In this document: positions 49,147 to 59,462 of the stretch, in pieces
How positions within the stretch are numbered: the first letter of the stretch is position 1
How the letters are laid out: every line of letters starts with the position of its first letter
NCBI GenBank assembly: GCA_035274425.1
Contig: DATEOC010000017.1
Span: 5,456 to 69,455 of the forward strand
Reading direction: 5' to 3'
Length of the DNA: 64,000 nucleotides
From: Chloroflexia bacterium
Lineage (GTDB): Bacteria; Chloroflexota; Chloroflexia; QHBQ01; JADMIH01
The notes under the pieces: generated by a model
Databases searched by the model: none
What the model was told of the DNA's origin: nothing
Seen by the model: only the letters and a program-made list of their open reading frames with translations
Position numbers and translations under genes: made by a program

Positions 49147-52100
49147 GTGCGTACCCAAGATCGTCTAGCAACTACGTCATCCGCGTCGTCTACATTCCTA
49201 CACAACCTGGGCAAGCCTGCGACGGGGGAAGGGTCCGAGACCCACTCCTACGATCACCTCTCCCTTGCCCAACGGCGTATATGGGCATTGGACCAGTTGG
49301 TCCCAGGCAGCCCACAACATAACTCTTATATTGCCCTCCACCTCGCCGGACCGCTTGATCCACAAAGGCTGGAACGGTGCCTCAAAAAGGTCGGAGAACG
49401 GCATGATATTTTGCGGACTGCTTTCCCCCTGATTGATGGGCAGCCGGTCCAGATAGTAGCAGACCTCCCTTTCACTTTGCCCTTGCCCTTGTCCGACCTC
49501 AGTGGCCTGCCTGAGGCGGAGAAGGGCGACGCAGTAAAGCGTCTGGCGAGGGAAGAAGCGCAATACCCCTTCGACCTGGCGCAAGGCCGGTTGATACGGG
49601 CCGCACTGCTGCGCCTGGGCAACGATGAGCACCTACTGCTGCTGACGGCGCATGGGATTGTATGCGACGATCTCTCCATCAGGGTACTATGTGAGGAGTT
49701 GGCCGCGCTCTACGCCGCCTCGTCCACGGAAGAGCATTCGCCCCTCCCTCAGCCGCCGATGCAGTATGTCGACTATGCAGCTCGGCAGGAGGAGTGGCTG
49801 AAAGGGGAGGAGGCACAGGCCCAGATTGCATACTGGAAGGGGCAATTGGGCGGCAACCCTCCCGTGCTCGAATTACCTGCTGACCGGCCACGACCTCCGG
49901 TGCAGACGCATTACGGCGCTCGCCAACCTCTGCTCTTACCCTCCGAATTGGTGGAGGCGGTCAAGAGATTGAGTCAGCAGGAAGGGGTGTCGTTGTTCCT
50001 GACGATGCTATCGGCGTTCGAGACATTGCTCTATCGTTACACGGGACAGAGCGACATTGTGCTCGGTACGGAGACCGCTGGCCGCACCTCACCTGAGGGA
50101 GCAGGCTCTATAGGTCCACTTGCCAACATGCTGGCGTTGCGCACCAGCCTGGAAGGAGATCCCAGCTTCCGCGAGTTGCTGAAACGGGTGGGGCAGGTAG
50201 TTGCTGATGCGCACGCCAATGGAGACGTGCCTTTCGAGAAGCTGGTAGAAGAGTTACAGCCTGAGCGCGATCTGAGCCGCGCACCCTTCTTTGGGCTGAC
50301 CTTTGCTTTTCAAGACGCTCCGCCCCAACTGGAGTTTCCGGGTCTAATCGGCTCTATCCTCGACCTTGATCCGGGCATCGCGAAGTATGACCTCTCTCTG
50401 TCTATTGTAGACACGGAGGGTGACCTGAGTGGATGGGCCGAGTACAACAGTGATCTCTTTGACGCCTCGACCATCCGCAGGATGCTTGGGCATTTTCAGA
50501 TGCTGTTGGGAAGTATCGTGTCTGACCCTGGCCTTGTAATTTCAAAGCTGCCTATGCTGACCGATGCCGAGCGCCAGCAGTTGCTTGTCGGGTGGAACAG
50601 CACCGGCACGGGCTACCCACAGAGCGCGTGTATACACGAGTTGTTTGAGAGACAGGTGGAGAAGACGCCAGATGCGCCGGCTATCAGTTTCAAGGGTAAA
50701 CGTCTGACGTACCGGCAACTCAACAGCAAAGCTAACAAGCTGGCTCACCACCTGCGGGCGCTTGGGGTGGGTCCTGAGAAGCCGGTCGGGGTCTGCATGG
50801 AGCGCTCGCTCAACCTGGTGGCCGCTATGATGGGGGTGCTGAAAGCGGGCGGGGCCTATGTGCCCCTCGACCCAGCTTACCCGCACGACCGTCTCTCCTT
50901 TATGCTCGCGGACTCGCAGGCCCCAGTGTTGCTTACGCAGAGAGGGCTGTATGCGGAGCTTGCAACGCTGGGGGAGCATGGGGCGAAGGTGGTCTACCTC
51001 GATGATGGGTGGGAGGAGGCCATCGCGGGTGAGGAAGGGAATCCCGCGCCCATTTCCAACTCAGATAACCTGGCCTACATCCTCTATACCTCTGGCTCGA
51101 CCGGACGCCCAAAGGGAGTGAGCATCGAGCATAGGAGTGGCATTGCGCTCATAGAATGGGCGAAAGAGACGTATACGGAGGAAGAGCTTTCCAGGGTGTT
51201 GGCCTCGACCTCGATCTCGTTCGACCTCTCGGTGTTCGAGTTATTCGTCACATTGAGCGGTGGGGGTATGGTCGTCCTCGTAGAGAACGCGCTTCACCTG
51301 CCCACCCTCGGCCCTGAGGAACAAGTCACGCTGGTAAACACCGTCCCTTCGGCGATTGCCGAGCTACTGCGCACTGGAGGCGTGCCCACTTCGGTGCGCG
51401 TGGTCAACCTCGCCGGAGAGCCGTTGCAGCAAACGCTAGTCCAGCAGCTTTACGCACAGGTGCCGACCTGCCGGGTGTTCAACCTTTACGGCCCGACCGA
51501 GGACACCACTTACTCCACCTTCGCGCTCATGGAGAAGGGGAGTACGACGTTGCCGACCATCGGGCGGCCAATCGCCAACAGCCAGGTCTACCTGCTCGAC
51601 CGGCACGGAGAGCCGGTGCCGGTGGGCGTGCCAGGCGAGTTGTACATGGGCGGGGCAGGACTCGCCAGGGGCTACCTAAACCGCCCCGACCTCACTGCTG
51701 AGCGGTTCGTACCAAACCCCTTTTCTGATTTTGGATTTTGGATTTTGGATTTTGGAGTGGACCCTGATAATCCAAAATCCAAAATCCAAAATCCAAAATC
51801 AGGAGGGCGGCTGTACAGGACGGGCGACCTGGCGTCTTACCTGCCGGACGGCAACATCCGGTTTCATGGGCGGCTGGACCACCAGGTGAAACTCCGGGGG
51901 TTCCGCATCGAGCTTGGTGAGATCGAGGCGGTGCTGAGGCAGTACCCTGCCTTGCAGGATGTGGTGCTGATGGTGAGGGAAGATGTCGCGGGTGACAAGA
52001 GGTTGGTGGCTTACGTAGTCCCCAGCCCAGACTCCTCACTCGTCAGCTCTCAGCTGCGCGATTATCTGAGGGAGAGGCTGCCGGAATACATGGTCCCGTC

Positions 52101-55100
52101 GGCTTTTGTGGTGCTGGAGAAGCTCCCCCTCACACCAAATGGCAAGGTGGACCGCCGCTCTCTGCCCGCCCCTGAACTGGATAGGATGGAGGGCGGCGCT
52201 GAGTATGCCGCGCCGCGAAGCCCTGTAGAGGAAGCGCTTGCCGGTATCTGGGCCTCGGTGCTCGGCATCGAGCGTGTGGGGATACATGACAACTTCTTCG
52301 ACCTGGGAGGGCACTCGCTACTAGCGACTCAGGTGATCTCCAGGGTGCGGGAGGTGTTACATGCAGAGTTGCCGCTACGCCGCTTCTTCGAGACGCCTAC
52401 CGTGGCCGGTCTGGGTGAGAGTATCGAAGCAGCCCTTAAGGGAGGTTCAGTTGCTCCTGCCCCGTCCCTCCATCGCCTGCCCAGGAGAGAGAATTTACCC
52501 CTGTCGTTCGCGCAGCAGAGGCTCTGGTTCCTCGACCAGTGGCAGCCCGCTAGTGCCGCCTATAACATACCGGTTGTCATGCGCCTGGACGGGTCGCTCC
52601 AGGAGGAGGCGCTTCGGAAGAGCATCAACGCGATAGTCGAGAGGCATGAAGCTCTGCGCACAACCTTCTCGGTAGCAGGAGATCGGCCCGTGCAGGTGAT
52701 CGCTCCTGCCCTGGACGTTCCCCTGCCCGTTGTGGACCTGGGCAGTGTGCCCGACGAAAAGAGGGAAGCGGAGGCCCAACGGCTGGTCAAGGAGGAAGCA
52801 CGACGCCCGTTCGACCTGGCTCGGGGACCCTTGTTGCGTGCTCGCTTGCTGCGCCTGGACGAGGAGAGACACCAACTCGTGTTGGTCATGCACCACATCA
52901 TCTCGGATGGGTGGTCTATGGGCGTGCTGGCGCAGGAGCTGGCGGAGCTTTATAGGGCGTTCGCTGCCGGGGAGGCTCCGTCCCTTCGCGACCTGCCGGT
53001 ACAATATGCCGATTACACCATCTGGCAGCGAGAGTGGCTGCAAGGCGAGGCGCTCCAGGGCCAGCTCGATTATTGGAAGGGGCAACTGGCCGGCGCACCC
53101 GCCGCTCTCGAGATGCCAACAGATCGCCCTCGCCCCGCTATGCTCACTTATCGCGGGGCAAAGCAGCCATACCGTCTTACCGGAGACCTTGCCCAGGAGT
53201 TGAAGGGAATGGTCCGGCGCGAAGGGGTGACGATGTACATGGCGCTCCTTTCGGCTTTCACGGCGCTCCTCCACCGATACACGGGGCAGACCGACATCGT
53301 GGTAGGCTCGCCCATAGCCAACCGTACCAGGCCTGAGATCGAGGGGCTGATCGGCTTCTTCGTCAACATGCTGGCGTTACGGACCGACCTTTCAGGCGAC
53401 CCGACCTTCCGGGAGTTGCTGGGCCGGGTGCGAGAGGCGTCGCTGGGGGCGTATGGCCACCAGGACTTGCCGTTCGACAGGCTGGTGGAGGAGATGCAGC
53501 ATGAGCGCAATCTGGCCTACCATCCCATCTTCCAGGTAGCCTTCGTCCTCCAGAATGCGCCTACGGTAGCCCTGCAACTGCCAGGCTTGAGTATCGCCAA
53601 CCTTGAGGTTGATAAGGTTGACATGGGCACGGCGCGGTTTGACCTGATGTTTATCATCGAGGAAAGAGAGGAGGGGCTGTCGGTTGAGGTCGAATACAGC
53701 ACCGACCTGTTTGATGCTTCAACGATTACCCGCATGTTGGAGCACTACAGGGTCCTGTTGGAAGGAGTTGTCGCACAACCGGATCAGCGGGTATCAGAGC
53801 TGCCCCTGCTCACAGACGAGGAGCGGCAGCAGTTGCTCGTGGAGTGGAACAGCACGCATACCGACTACCCGCGAGACGAGTGCATTCACCCCCTCTTTGA
53901 GCGACAGGCGCAGCAGACGCCCGACGCAGTTGCGCTCATCTTCGGGGAAAAGCGCCTCACTTACCAGGAGTTGGACCAACGCGCTAACCGGTTAGCTCGC
54001 CACCTGAGAGATATGGGTATAGGCCGGGAAACGCTGGTAGGGGTCTGCATGGAGCGCTCTATAGAGATGGTGGTGGCGCTTTTGGGAGTGCTGAAAGCGG
54101 GTGGGGCGTATGTGCCTCTCGACCCCTCCTACCCGGAGGAGCGCCTGCGCTTCATGATGGAAGACACGCAAATTTCTGTGTTGTTGACTCAAGCGGTGCT
54201 GGCGGAGAAGCTCCCCGCTCATGTGGCGCGGGTAGTGCGCTTAGATACCGACTGGAGCGATATTGCCCGACAAAGCAGTGAGCCACTAGAGAGCGAGACG
54301 ACGGCAGAGAACCTGGCATACGTGATGTACACCTCCGGCTCCACCGGGCAGCCGAAGGGGATCGGCGTGCCGCACCGGGGAGTGGTCCGGCTGGTCAAGA
54401 ATACCAATTATGCTGACCTTTCCGACGACCAGGTATTACTCCAGTTCGCGCCTATCTCATTCGATGCGTCCACGCTCGAAATCTGGGGCAGCCTGCTCAA
54501 CGGAGCGCGCCTGGTGATTTACCCAACCACCGATGTGCCCCTCCTGGAAGAGCTGGCCCAGGTTATTGAAGAGTACGGCGTCACCACGCTATGGCTGACG
54601 GCGGGGCTGTTCCACCACATGGTAGAAGGCGGCCACCTGCGAGGGCTGACTAGCTTGCGCCAGCTGCTGGCTGGTGGGGACGTTCTATCGGCCCCTCACG
54701 TCAGGAAGGCTATCCAACAACTGGGAAGTGGCTGCACGCTGATAAACGGCTACGGCCCCACAGAGAACACAACCTTCACCTGCTGCTACCCTATGACCCA
54801 GTCGGCGCAGGTAGGCGACTCGGTGAGCATAGGCAGACCTATCGCCAACACGCAGGTCTATCTGCTCGACCGGCATTTGCAGCCCGTGCCGGTAGGGGTG
54901 GCAGGGGAGCTTTATATAGGTGGAGACGGCCTGGCGAGGGGTTACCTGAACCGCCCCAACCTCACGGCGGAGCGCTTCGTGCCCAACCCCTTCTTGAGTG
55001 CGGAATTCGGAGTGCGGAGTGCGGAATGGGACGAAGAGGCAAAAGAAGGTAGTAAGCAGAAGGCAGAAGGCAGTAATTACAATCCGCACTCCGCAGGTTC

Positions 55101-55914
55101 TTGGGCTATGCCCAATTCAGGCACTCCGCATTTAGAGGGGCGGCTCTACAGGACTGGCGACCTGGCTCGCTATCTGCCTGACGGGAGGATAGAGTTCCTG
55201 GGGCGCATAGACCAGCAGGTGAAGGTGCGTGGGTTCCGCATCGAGCTTGGCGAGATCGAGGCTGTGCTGGCCCAGCACCCGTCTGTGCAAGATGTCGTCG
55301 TCACGGCGCGAGAGCGGGACGATGCGCCCGGCGATAAGCGTCTGGTGGCCTATGTAGTGGGCGACTCTGGGCAAGGTCAGCCTTCCACACCCTCTGAGTT
55401 GCGCCAATACTTGAAAGAGAGGCTGCCGGAGTACATGGTCCCGTCGGCGTTCGTACAGATGGAGAAGCTGCCCCTCACGGCTAACGGCAAGGTGGACCGC
55501 CGTGCGCTCCCCGCGCCTGAGCTGGGGCGGGCAGAAGGAGACGCGGAGTACGTAGCGCCGCGCAATCCTGTAGAGGAGACGGTAGCGGCGATTTGGGTCT
55601 CGGTGCTGGGCATCGAGCGCGTGGGCGTTCACGACAGCTTCTTCGAGGTGGGCGGGCACTCGCTTGCAGCTACGCAGGTGGTATCGAGGGTGCGCGAGGC
55701 GTTACGTGTAGAGCTGCCGCTACGCCGCCTCTTCGAGACGCCTACCATAGAAGGCCTGGCAGAGGCAATCACCGAGATACAGAGCGATGTGTCAGCAGAG
55801 ATACCGGCCATAAGCAGGGCAAGTGCGGAAGAGTGGGGAGAGTTTCCGGACATCGAGGGGCTATCGGACGAGGAAGTGGATGCGCTCTTGCGAGAGATGA
55901 TGGCAGACAGGTAA
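49147..55914 (+). CDS. Non-ribosomal peptide synthetase, two modules: C(starter-type, variant active-site motif)-A-PCP-C-A-PCP, with a C-terminal docking tail
   Basis: C1 motif is LLLTAHGIVCDDLS (AHxxxDD in place of HHxxxDG). C2 is HHIISDGWS. A-domain cores appear twice: LKAGGAYVPLDP, YTSGSTGRPKG, NLYGPTE, GELYMGGAGLARGYL, YRTGDLA, GRLDHQVKLRGFRIELGEIE, NGKVDRR. PCP FFDLGGHSLLATQ appears twice. Approximate domain spans (nt): C1 49250-50570, A1 50630-52170, PCP1 52240-52440, C2 52500-53860, A2 53880-55520, PCP2 55590-55790. Confidence 0.9.
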   Translation: MRTQDRLATTSSASSTFLHNLGKPATGEGSETHSYDHLSLAQRRIWALDQLVPGSPQHNSYIALHLAGPLDPQRLERCLKKVGERHDILRTAFPLIDGQPVQIVADLPFTLPLPLSDLSGLPEAEKGDAVKRLAREEAQYPFDLAQGRLIRAALLRLGNDEHLLLLTAHGIVCDDLSIRVLCEELAALYAASSTEEHSPLPQPPMQYVDYAARQEEWLKGEEAQAQIAYWKGQLGGNPPVLELPADRPRPPVQTHYGARQPLLLPSELVEAVKRLSQQEGVSLFLTMLSAFETLLYRYTGQSDIVLGTETAGRTSPEGAGSIGPLANMLALRTSLEGDPSFRELLKRVGQVVADAHANGDVPFEKLVEELQPERDLSRAPFFGLTFAFQDAPPQLEFPGLIGSILDLDPGIAKYDLSLSIVDTEGDLSGWAEYNSDLFDASTIRRMLGHFQMLLGSIVSDPGLVISKLPMLTDAERQQLLVGWNSTGTGYPQSACIHELFERQVEKTPDAPAISFKGKRLTYRQLNSKANKLAHHLRALGVGPEKPVGVCMERSLNLVAAMMGVLKAGGAYVPLDPAYPHDRLSFMLADSQAPVLLTQRGLYAELATLGEHGAKVVYLDDGWEEAIAGEEGNPAPISNSDNLAYILYTSGSTGRPKGVSIEHRSGIALIEWAKETYTEEELSRVLASTSISFDLSVFELFVTLSGGGMVVLVENALHLPTLGPEEQVTLVNTVPSAIAELLRTGGVPTSVRVVNLAGEPLQQTLVQQLYAQVPTCRVFNLYGPTEDTTYSTFALMEKGSTTLPTIGRPIANSQVYLLDRHGEPVPVGVPGELYMGGAGLARGYLNRPDLTAERFVPNPFSDFGFWILDFGVDPDNPKSKIQNPKSGGRLYRTGDLASYLPDGNIRFHGRLDHQVKLRGFRIELGEIEAVLRQYPALQDVVLMVREDVAGDKRLVAYVVPSPDSSLVSSQLRDYLRERLPEYMVPSAFVVLEKLPLTPNGKVDRRSLPAPELDRMEGGAEYAAPRSPVEEALAGIWASVLGIERVGIHDNFFDLGGHSLLATQVISRVREVLHAELPLRRFFETPTVAGLGESIEAALKGGSVAPAPSLHRLPRRENLPLSFAQQRLWFLDQWQPASAAYNIPVVMRLDGSLQEEALRKSINAIVERHEALRTTFSVAGDRPVQVIAPALDVPLPVVDLGSVPDEKREAEAQRLVKEEARRPFDLARGPLLRARLLRLDEERHQLVLVMHHIISDGWSMGVLAQELAELYRAFAAGEAPSLRDLPVQYADYTIWQREWLQGEALQGQLDYWKGQLAGAPAALEMPTDRPRPAMLTYRGAKQPYRLTGDLAQELKGMVRREGVTMYMALLSAFTALLHRYTGQTDIVVGSPIANRTRPEIEGLIGFFVNMLALRTDLSGDPTFRELLGRVREASLGAYGHQDLPFDRLVEEMQHERNLAYHPIFQVAFVLQNAPTVALQLPGLSIANLEVDKVDMGTARFDLMFIIEEREEGLSVEVEYSTDLFDASTITRMLEHYRVLLEGVVAQPDQRVSELPLLTDEERQQLLVEWNSTHTDYPRDECIHPLFERQAQQTPDAVALIFGEKRLTYQELDQRANRLARHLRDMGIGRETLVGVCMERSIEMVVALLGVLKAGGAYVPLDPSYPEERLRFMMEDTQISVLLTQAVLAEKLPAHVARVVRLDTDWSDIARQSSEPLESETTAENLAYVMYTSGSTGQPKGIGVPHRGVVRLVKNTNYADLSDDQVLLQFAPISFDASTLEIWGSLLNGARLVIYPTTDVPLLEELAQVIEEYGVTTLWLTAGLFHHMVEGGHLRGLTSLRQLLAGGDVLSAPHVRKAIQQLGSGCTLINGYGPTENTTFTCCYPMTQSAQVGDSVSIGRPIANTQVYLLDRHLQPVPVGVAGELYIGGDGLARGYLNRPNLTAERFVPNPFLSAEFGVRSAEWDEEAKEGSKQKAEGSNYNPHSAGSWAMPNSGTPHLEGRLYRTGDLARYLPDGRIEFLGRIDQQVKVRGFRIELGEIEAVLAQHPSVQDVVVTARERDDAPGDKRLVAYVVGDSGQGQPSTPSELRQYLKERLPEYMVPSAFVQMEKLPLTANGKVDRRALPAPELGRAEGDAEYVAPRNPVEETVAAIWVSVLGIERVGVHDSFFEVGGHSLAATQVVSRVREALRVELPLRRLFETPTIEGLAEAITEIQSDVSAEIPAISRASAEEWGEFPDIEGLSDEEVDALLREMMADR
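51725..51802. repeat. 78-bp perfect inverted repeat of GGATTTT heptamers (31-bp arms, 16-nt spacer) inserted in frame into the A6-A7 loop of NRPS adenylation domain 1
   Basis: ctgattttggattttggattttggattttgg / agtggaccctgataat / ccaaaatccaaaatccaaaatccaaaatcag. It encodes SDFGFWILDFGVDPDNPKSKIQNPKS between FVPNPF and GGRLYRTGDL. 78 = 26 codons. Confidence 0.9.
54996..55131. repeat. In-frame heptamer-repeat/partial-palindrome insertion (GAGTGCG..., GAAGGCA x3, ...CCGCACTCCGCA) in the A6-A7 loop of adenylation domain 2
   Basis: gagtgcggaattcggagtgcggagtgcggaat ... gaaggcagaaggcagtaat ... aatccgcactccgcagg ... cactccgca. It encodes LSAEFGVRSAEWDEEAKEGSKQKAEGSNYNPHSAGSWAMPNSGTPHLE. Confidence 0.85.
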
Positions 55915-55924
55915 GGTTGATGCA

Positions 55925-58900
55925 ATGAGCACTATGGACAGACCACTGGCAGACCTCTCACCCAAGGAGAAGCGCGCCCTCCTCGCGGAGCAGGTCAGGC
56001 AGAGAGCTGCGCAGACTGACGCTCCCAGGCATTTCCCCCTGTCGTTTGCCCAGATGCGTCTGTGGTTCCTCGACCGCATGGAAGGGGGCAGCCCCTTTTA
56101 CAACGTCTCGTTTGCCACGCGCCTGACGGGGCCGCTCCATCTGGAGGCGTTGAGGCGTAGCATCAGCGAGATCGTGCGTCGCCATGACACATTGCGGAGC
56201 AGCTTCGTGACGGCGGACGAGGATCCTGTGCAGGTTGCCGCGTCGTACGCGGATGTGCCCCTGCCGGTCCAGGATGTGCGACATCTACCTGCGCAGGAGC
56301 GCGAACGGGAGGCCCACTCGCTCCTAACCGAGGAAGCGCAGCGCCCCTTCGACCTGGCGCAAGCTCCCCTGGTACGCACGTTGATAATACGGCTGGATGA
56401 GGAAGAGCACCTCCTCCTGGTGACGATGCACCACATCATCGCGGATGGGTGGTCGTTCCATCTTTTCCACGGTGAATTGCAGACTTTGTATTCGGCCTTC
56501 GTCGCCGGCAATCCATCTCCACTACCTGAATTGCCTATCCAGTACGGCGATTACGCTGTCTGGCAGCGAAAGCGGCTGCAAGGCGAGATTCTACAAGCTC
56601 AGCTTGAATACTGGATGAGGCAGATCAGAGGCGCGCCGCCCTTGCTGGAACTGCCCGCTGACCGGCCACGCCCAGCCAGGCAGACCTACAGGGGAGCCAC
56701 CCAATCTATCACTTTGCCGCCGGAACTGGTCCACGAACTGGAGCACCTGAGCAAGCAGGAGGGTGTCACCTTCTTCATGACGTTGTTGGCGGCATTCGAT
56801 GCACTGATCTACCGCTATACAGGCCAGACCGACGTCGTGGTGGGCGCGCCGATAGCGGGGCGCACGCGCAGGGAGGTAGAAGGGTTAATAGGTTTCTTCG
56901 CCAACACCCTACTCTTTAGGGCCGACCTGGGAGGTGAGCCTACTTTCCGCGAGCTTTTGGCCAGGGTCAAGGAAGTGGCGTTGGGCGCATACGACCACCA
57001 GGACCTGCAGTTCGAGCGGCTTGTAGAAGAAGCTCAACCTGAGCGCAACCTGAGCTACAATCCGCTCTTCCAGGTGATGTTTGGACTGGAGAACACGCCC
57101 CGCGAAATTCGGGAGCAATCGGGCCTGGTGTTCGACACTGCCCTCTTCGAAAGCGGCACATCCATCGTTGATCTGTCTCTCACGATCATCGACACTCCAC
57201 AGGGTACCCAGGCGCAGGCTGAATACAGTACAGATTTGTTCGATAGAGACACGATTACCAGGTTGCTGGGGCACTACCGCACGCTGTTGGAGGCAGTGGC
57301 CCGCGACCCCCAGACTCCGGTCTCCCAACTGCCGATCCTGACCGAGAGTGAGCGGCGCACACTCTTGGTCGAATGGAACGATACCCGTAATGACTACCCA
57401 CGAGAGTTATGCGTCCACCAGTTATTCGCGGCGCAGGCGAACCGCACGCCCGACAAGGTTGCCCTGGTGTATGGCAAGCAGAAGCTGACGTACCGGGAAC
57501 TGAGTGAGCGCGCAAACAAGCTGGCCCATTACCTGCGGACGCTTGGGGTAGGCCCTGACACCCTGGTGGGCATATGCGTGGAGCGCTCGATAGAGATGGT
57601 GGTAGGTGTGCTCGGAGTGCTGAAGGCAGGTGGGGCATACGTGCCACTAGACCCTACATACCCGAAGGAGCGGCTGGCCTACATGGTAGAGGATTCGGGG
57701 GCCGGAGTGCTGCTCTCTCAAGAGGAGTTAGCCGGGCTTGCTCAAGACCTGGCCGGACAGCGCGCCCACAGGGTGCTCCTCGACCGCGATTGGAAGGGGA
57801 TAGAGCCCCAGCCCGCAGGCGATCCGGCCCCAGAGGGTGGCCCCGACAACCTGGCCTACGTTATTTATACCTCCGGCTCTACAGGCAGGCCCAAGGGGGT
57901 GCAGGTCCCCCACCGTGCCCTAACTAACCACTTATGGTCCATGAAAGCTAAGCCTGGGCTGGCGGAGGATGATGTGCTGTTGGCCGTCACTTCCCTCTCG
58001 TTCGATATAGCCGCCTTAGAGTTGTACCTGCCCCTCGTCACCGGTGCTACGCTGGTGCTGGCTAGCAAGGATATCGCCTCCGATGGCATTCTCCTGGGAA
58101 GGGAAATAGCCGAGAGGGGAGCGACTGTAATGCAGGGCACGCCCGCGTCGTGGCGGCTGCTGTTCATAGCCGATGCCTGGCCTGCCCGGGCAACAGGTAC
58201 CCTGAAGGCGCTGTGCGGTGGTGAGGCGCTCCCTGTTTCGTTGGCTTATGACCTGTCGTGCAGGGCAGTCGCCGTGTGGAACATGTACGGCCCTACCGAA
58301 ACGTGCATCTGGTCTACCATCCACAAGGTGGAGATAGGGGAACAGAAAGGTCCCAACTCCTCCGTAACCAGTATAGGCAGGCCCATTGCCAACACGCAGG
58401 TGTACCTTCTGGATCGCCACATGCAGCCTGTGCCAATAGGGGTGGCAGGGGAGCTTTATATAGGCGGTGATGGCCTGGCGCGAGGCTACCTGGGCAGGCC
58501 AGACCTGACTGCCGAGCGTTTCGTACCCAACCCCTTTTCGAATGCGGAATTCGGAGTGCGGAATGCGGAATCAGCTTCTAATCCGTACTCCGCAGGTTCT
58601 TGGGCTACGCCCAATTCAGGCACTCCGCACTCAGGAGAGAGGCTGTACAAGACGGGGGACCTGGCTCGCTATCTGCCTGACGGAAGGATAGAGTTCCTGG
58701 GGCGGATAGACCAGCAGGTGAAGGTGCGTGGGTTCCGCATCGAGCTTGGCGAGATTGAGGCTGTGCTGGGCCAGCACCCTGCTCTGCGTGAAGCGGTCGT
58801 AAGCGTGCGGGGTAGAGAGAGTGACGACAAACGGTTGGTAGCTTACGTTGTGGCGCACCCCGGTCAGGCTCCATCTTCAACAGAGCTGCGCAACCTCCTG

Positions 58901-59401
58901 CGAGCCAGGCTGCCAGAATATATGATCCCCTCGACATTCGTCCTCTTGGATAAGATGCCGCTCACACCCAACGGTAAGGTAGACCGCAAGGCGCTCCCTG
59001 AGCCTGAAGGCTGCGAGGAGTGCAGGGGCGACTTGTATGTCGTGCCACGCACGCCCCTGGAAGCGCAACTGGCAGCAGTGTGGGCGGGCGTTCTGAAAAA
59101 GGAGCGCTTCGGCGTAACCGATAACTTCTTCGACCTCGGCGGCCATTCGCTCTCTGCTATGCGGATGGTGTCCAGGGTGCGTACCGCGCTCAGCATTGAC
59201 GTAGCTTTGCGCACTCTGTTTGAAGCTCCAACAATAGAGGGCCTGGCCCTTGCGATAATGCGGGCGCAAGGAGGTGCCGGGACAACGTTAGTTGCGCCGC
59301 GTATAGTCCATCTCATTCCTGAGCCGGATGAAGAAGAAGCACCCCTGAACATAGGCGAGCTTTCCGCCGAGGAGATAGATTCGCTCCTTAAGACTTTATA
59401 A
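55925..59401 (+). CDS. Non-ribosomal peptide synthetase, one module: C-A-PCP with N- and C-terminal docking regions
   Basis: HHIIADGWS. A-domain cores LKAGGAYVPLDP, YTSGSTGRPKG, NMYGPTE, GELYIGGDGLARGYL, YKTGDLA, NGKVDRK. PCP FFDLGGHSLSAMR. Confidence 0.9.
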   Translation: MSTMDRPLADLSPKEKRALLAEQVRQRAAQTDAPRHFPLSFAQMRLWFLDRMEGGSPFYNVSFATRLTGPLHLEALRRSISEIVRRHDTLRSSFVTADEDPVQVAASYADVPLPVQDVRHLPAQEREREAHSLLTEEAQRPFDLAQAPLVRTLIIRLDEEEHLLLVTMHHIIADGWSFHLFHGELQTLYSAFVAGNPSPLPELPIQYGDYAVWQRKRLQGEILQAQLEYWMRQIRGAPPLLELPADRPRPARQTYRGATQSITLPPELVHELEHLSKQEGVTFFMTLLAAFDALIYRYTGQTDVVVGAPIAGRTRREVEGLIGFFANTLLFRADLGGEPTFRELLARVKEVALGAYDHQDLQFERLVEEAQPERNLSYNPLFQVMFGLENTPREIREQSGLVFDTALFESGTSIVDLSLTIIDTPQGTQAQAEYSTDLFDRDTITRLLGHYRTLLEAVARDPQTPVSQLPILTESERRTLLVEWNDTRNDYPRELCVHQLFAAQANRTPDKVALVYGKQKLTYRELSERANKLAHYLRTLGVGPDTLVGICVERSIEMVVGVLGVLKAGGAYVPLDPTYPKERLAYMVEDSGAGVLLSQEELAGLAQDLAGQRAHRVLLDRDWKGIEPQPAGDPAPEGGPDNLAYVIYTSGSTGRPKGVQVPHRALTNHLWSMKAKPGLAEDDVLLAVTSLSFDIAALELYLPLVTGATLVLASKDIASDGILLGREIAERGATVMQGTPASWRLLFIADAWPARATGTLKALCGGEALPVSLAYDLSCRAVAVWNMYGPTETCIWSTIHKVEIGEQKGPNSSVTSIGRPIANTQVYLLDRHMQPVPIGVAGELYIGGDGLARGYLGRPDLTAERFVPNPFSNAEFGVRNAESASNPYSAGSWATPNSGTPHSGERLYKTGDLARYLPDGRIEFLGRIDQQVKVRGFRIELGEIEAVLGQHPALREAVVSVRGRESDDKRLVAYVVAHPGQAPSSTELRNLLRARLPEYMIPSTFVLLDKMPLTPNGKVDRKALPEPEGCEECRGDLYVVPRTPLEAQLAAVWAGVLKKERFGVTDNFFDLGGHSLSAMRMVSRVRTALSIDVALRTLFEAPTIEGLALAIMRAQGGAGTTLVAPRIVHLIPEPDEEEAPLNIGELSAEEIDSLLKTL
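58541..58630. repeat. In-frame GAATGCG/GAGTGCG heptamer insertion with partial reverse-complement (CCGTACTCCGCA...CACTCCGCAC) in the A6-A7 loop of adenylation domain 3; 3' half near-identical to the module-2 insertion
   Basis: aatgcggaattcggagtgcggaatgcggaat...aatccgtactccgcaggttcttgggctacgcccaattcaggcactccgcac. It encodes SNAEFGVRNAESASNPYSAGSWATPNSGTPHS. Confidence 0.85.
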
Positions 59402-59462
59402 CTGGATGATAGACGATAATCACGCATCACTTATTAACTGCATAAGGTGAGTAACACAACAT

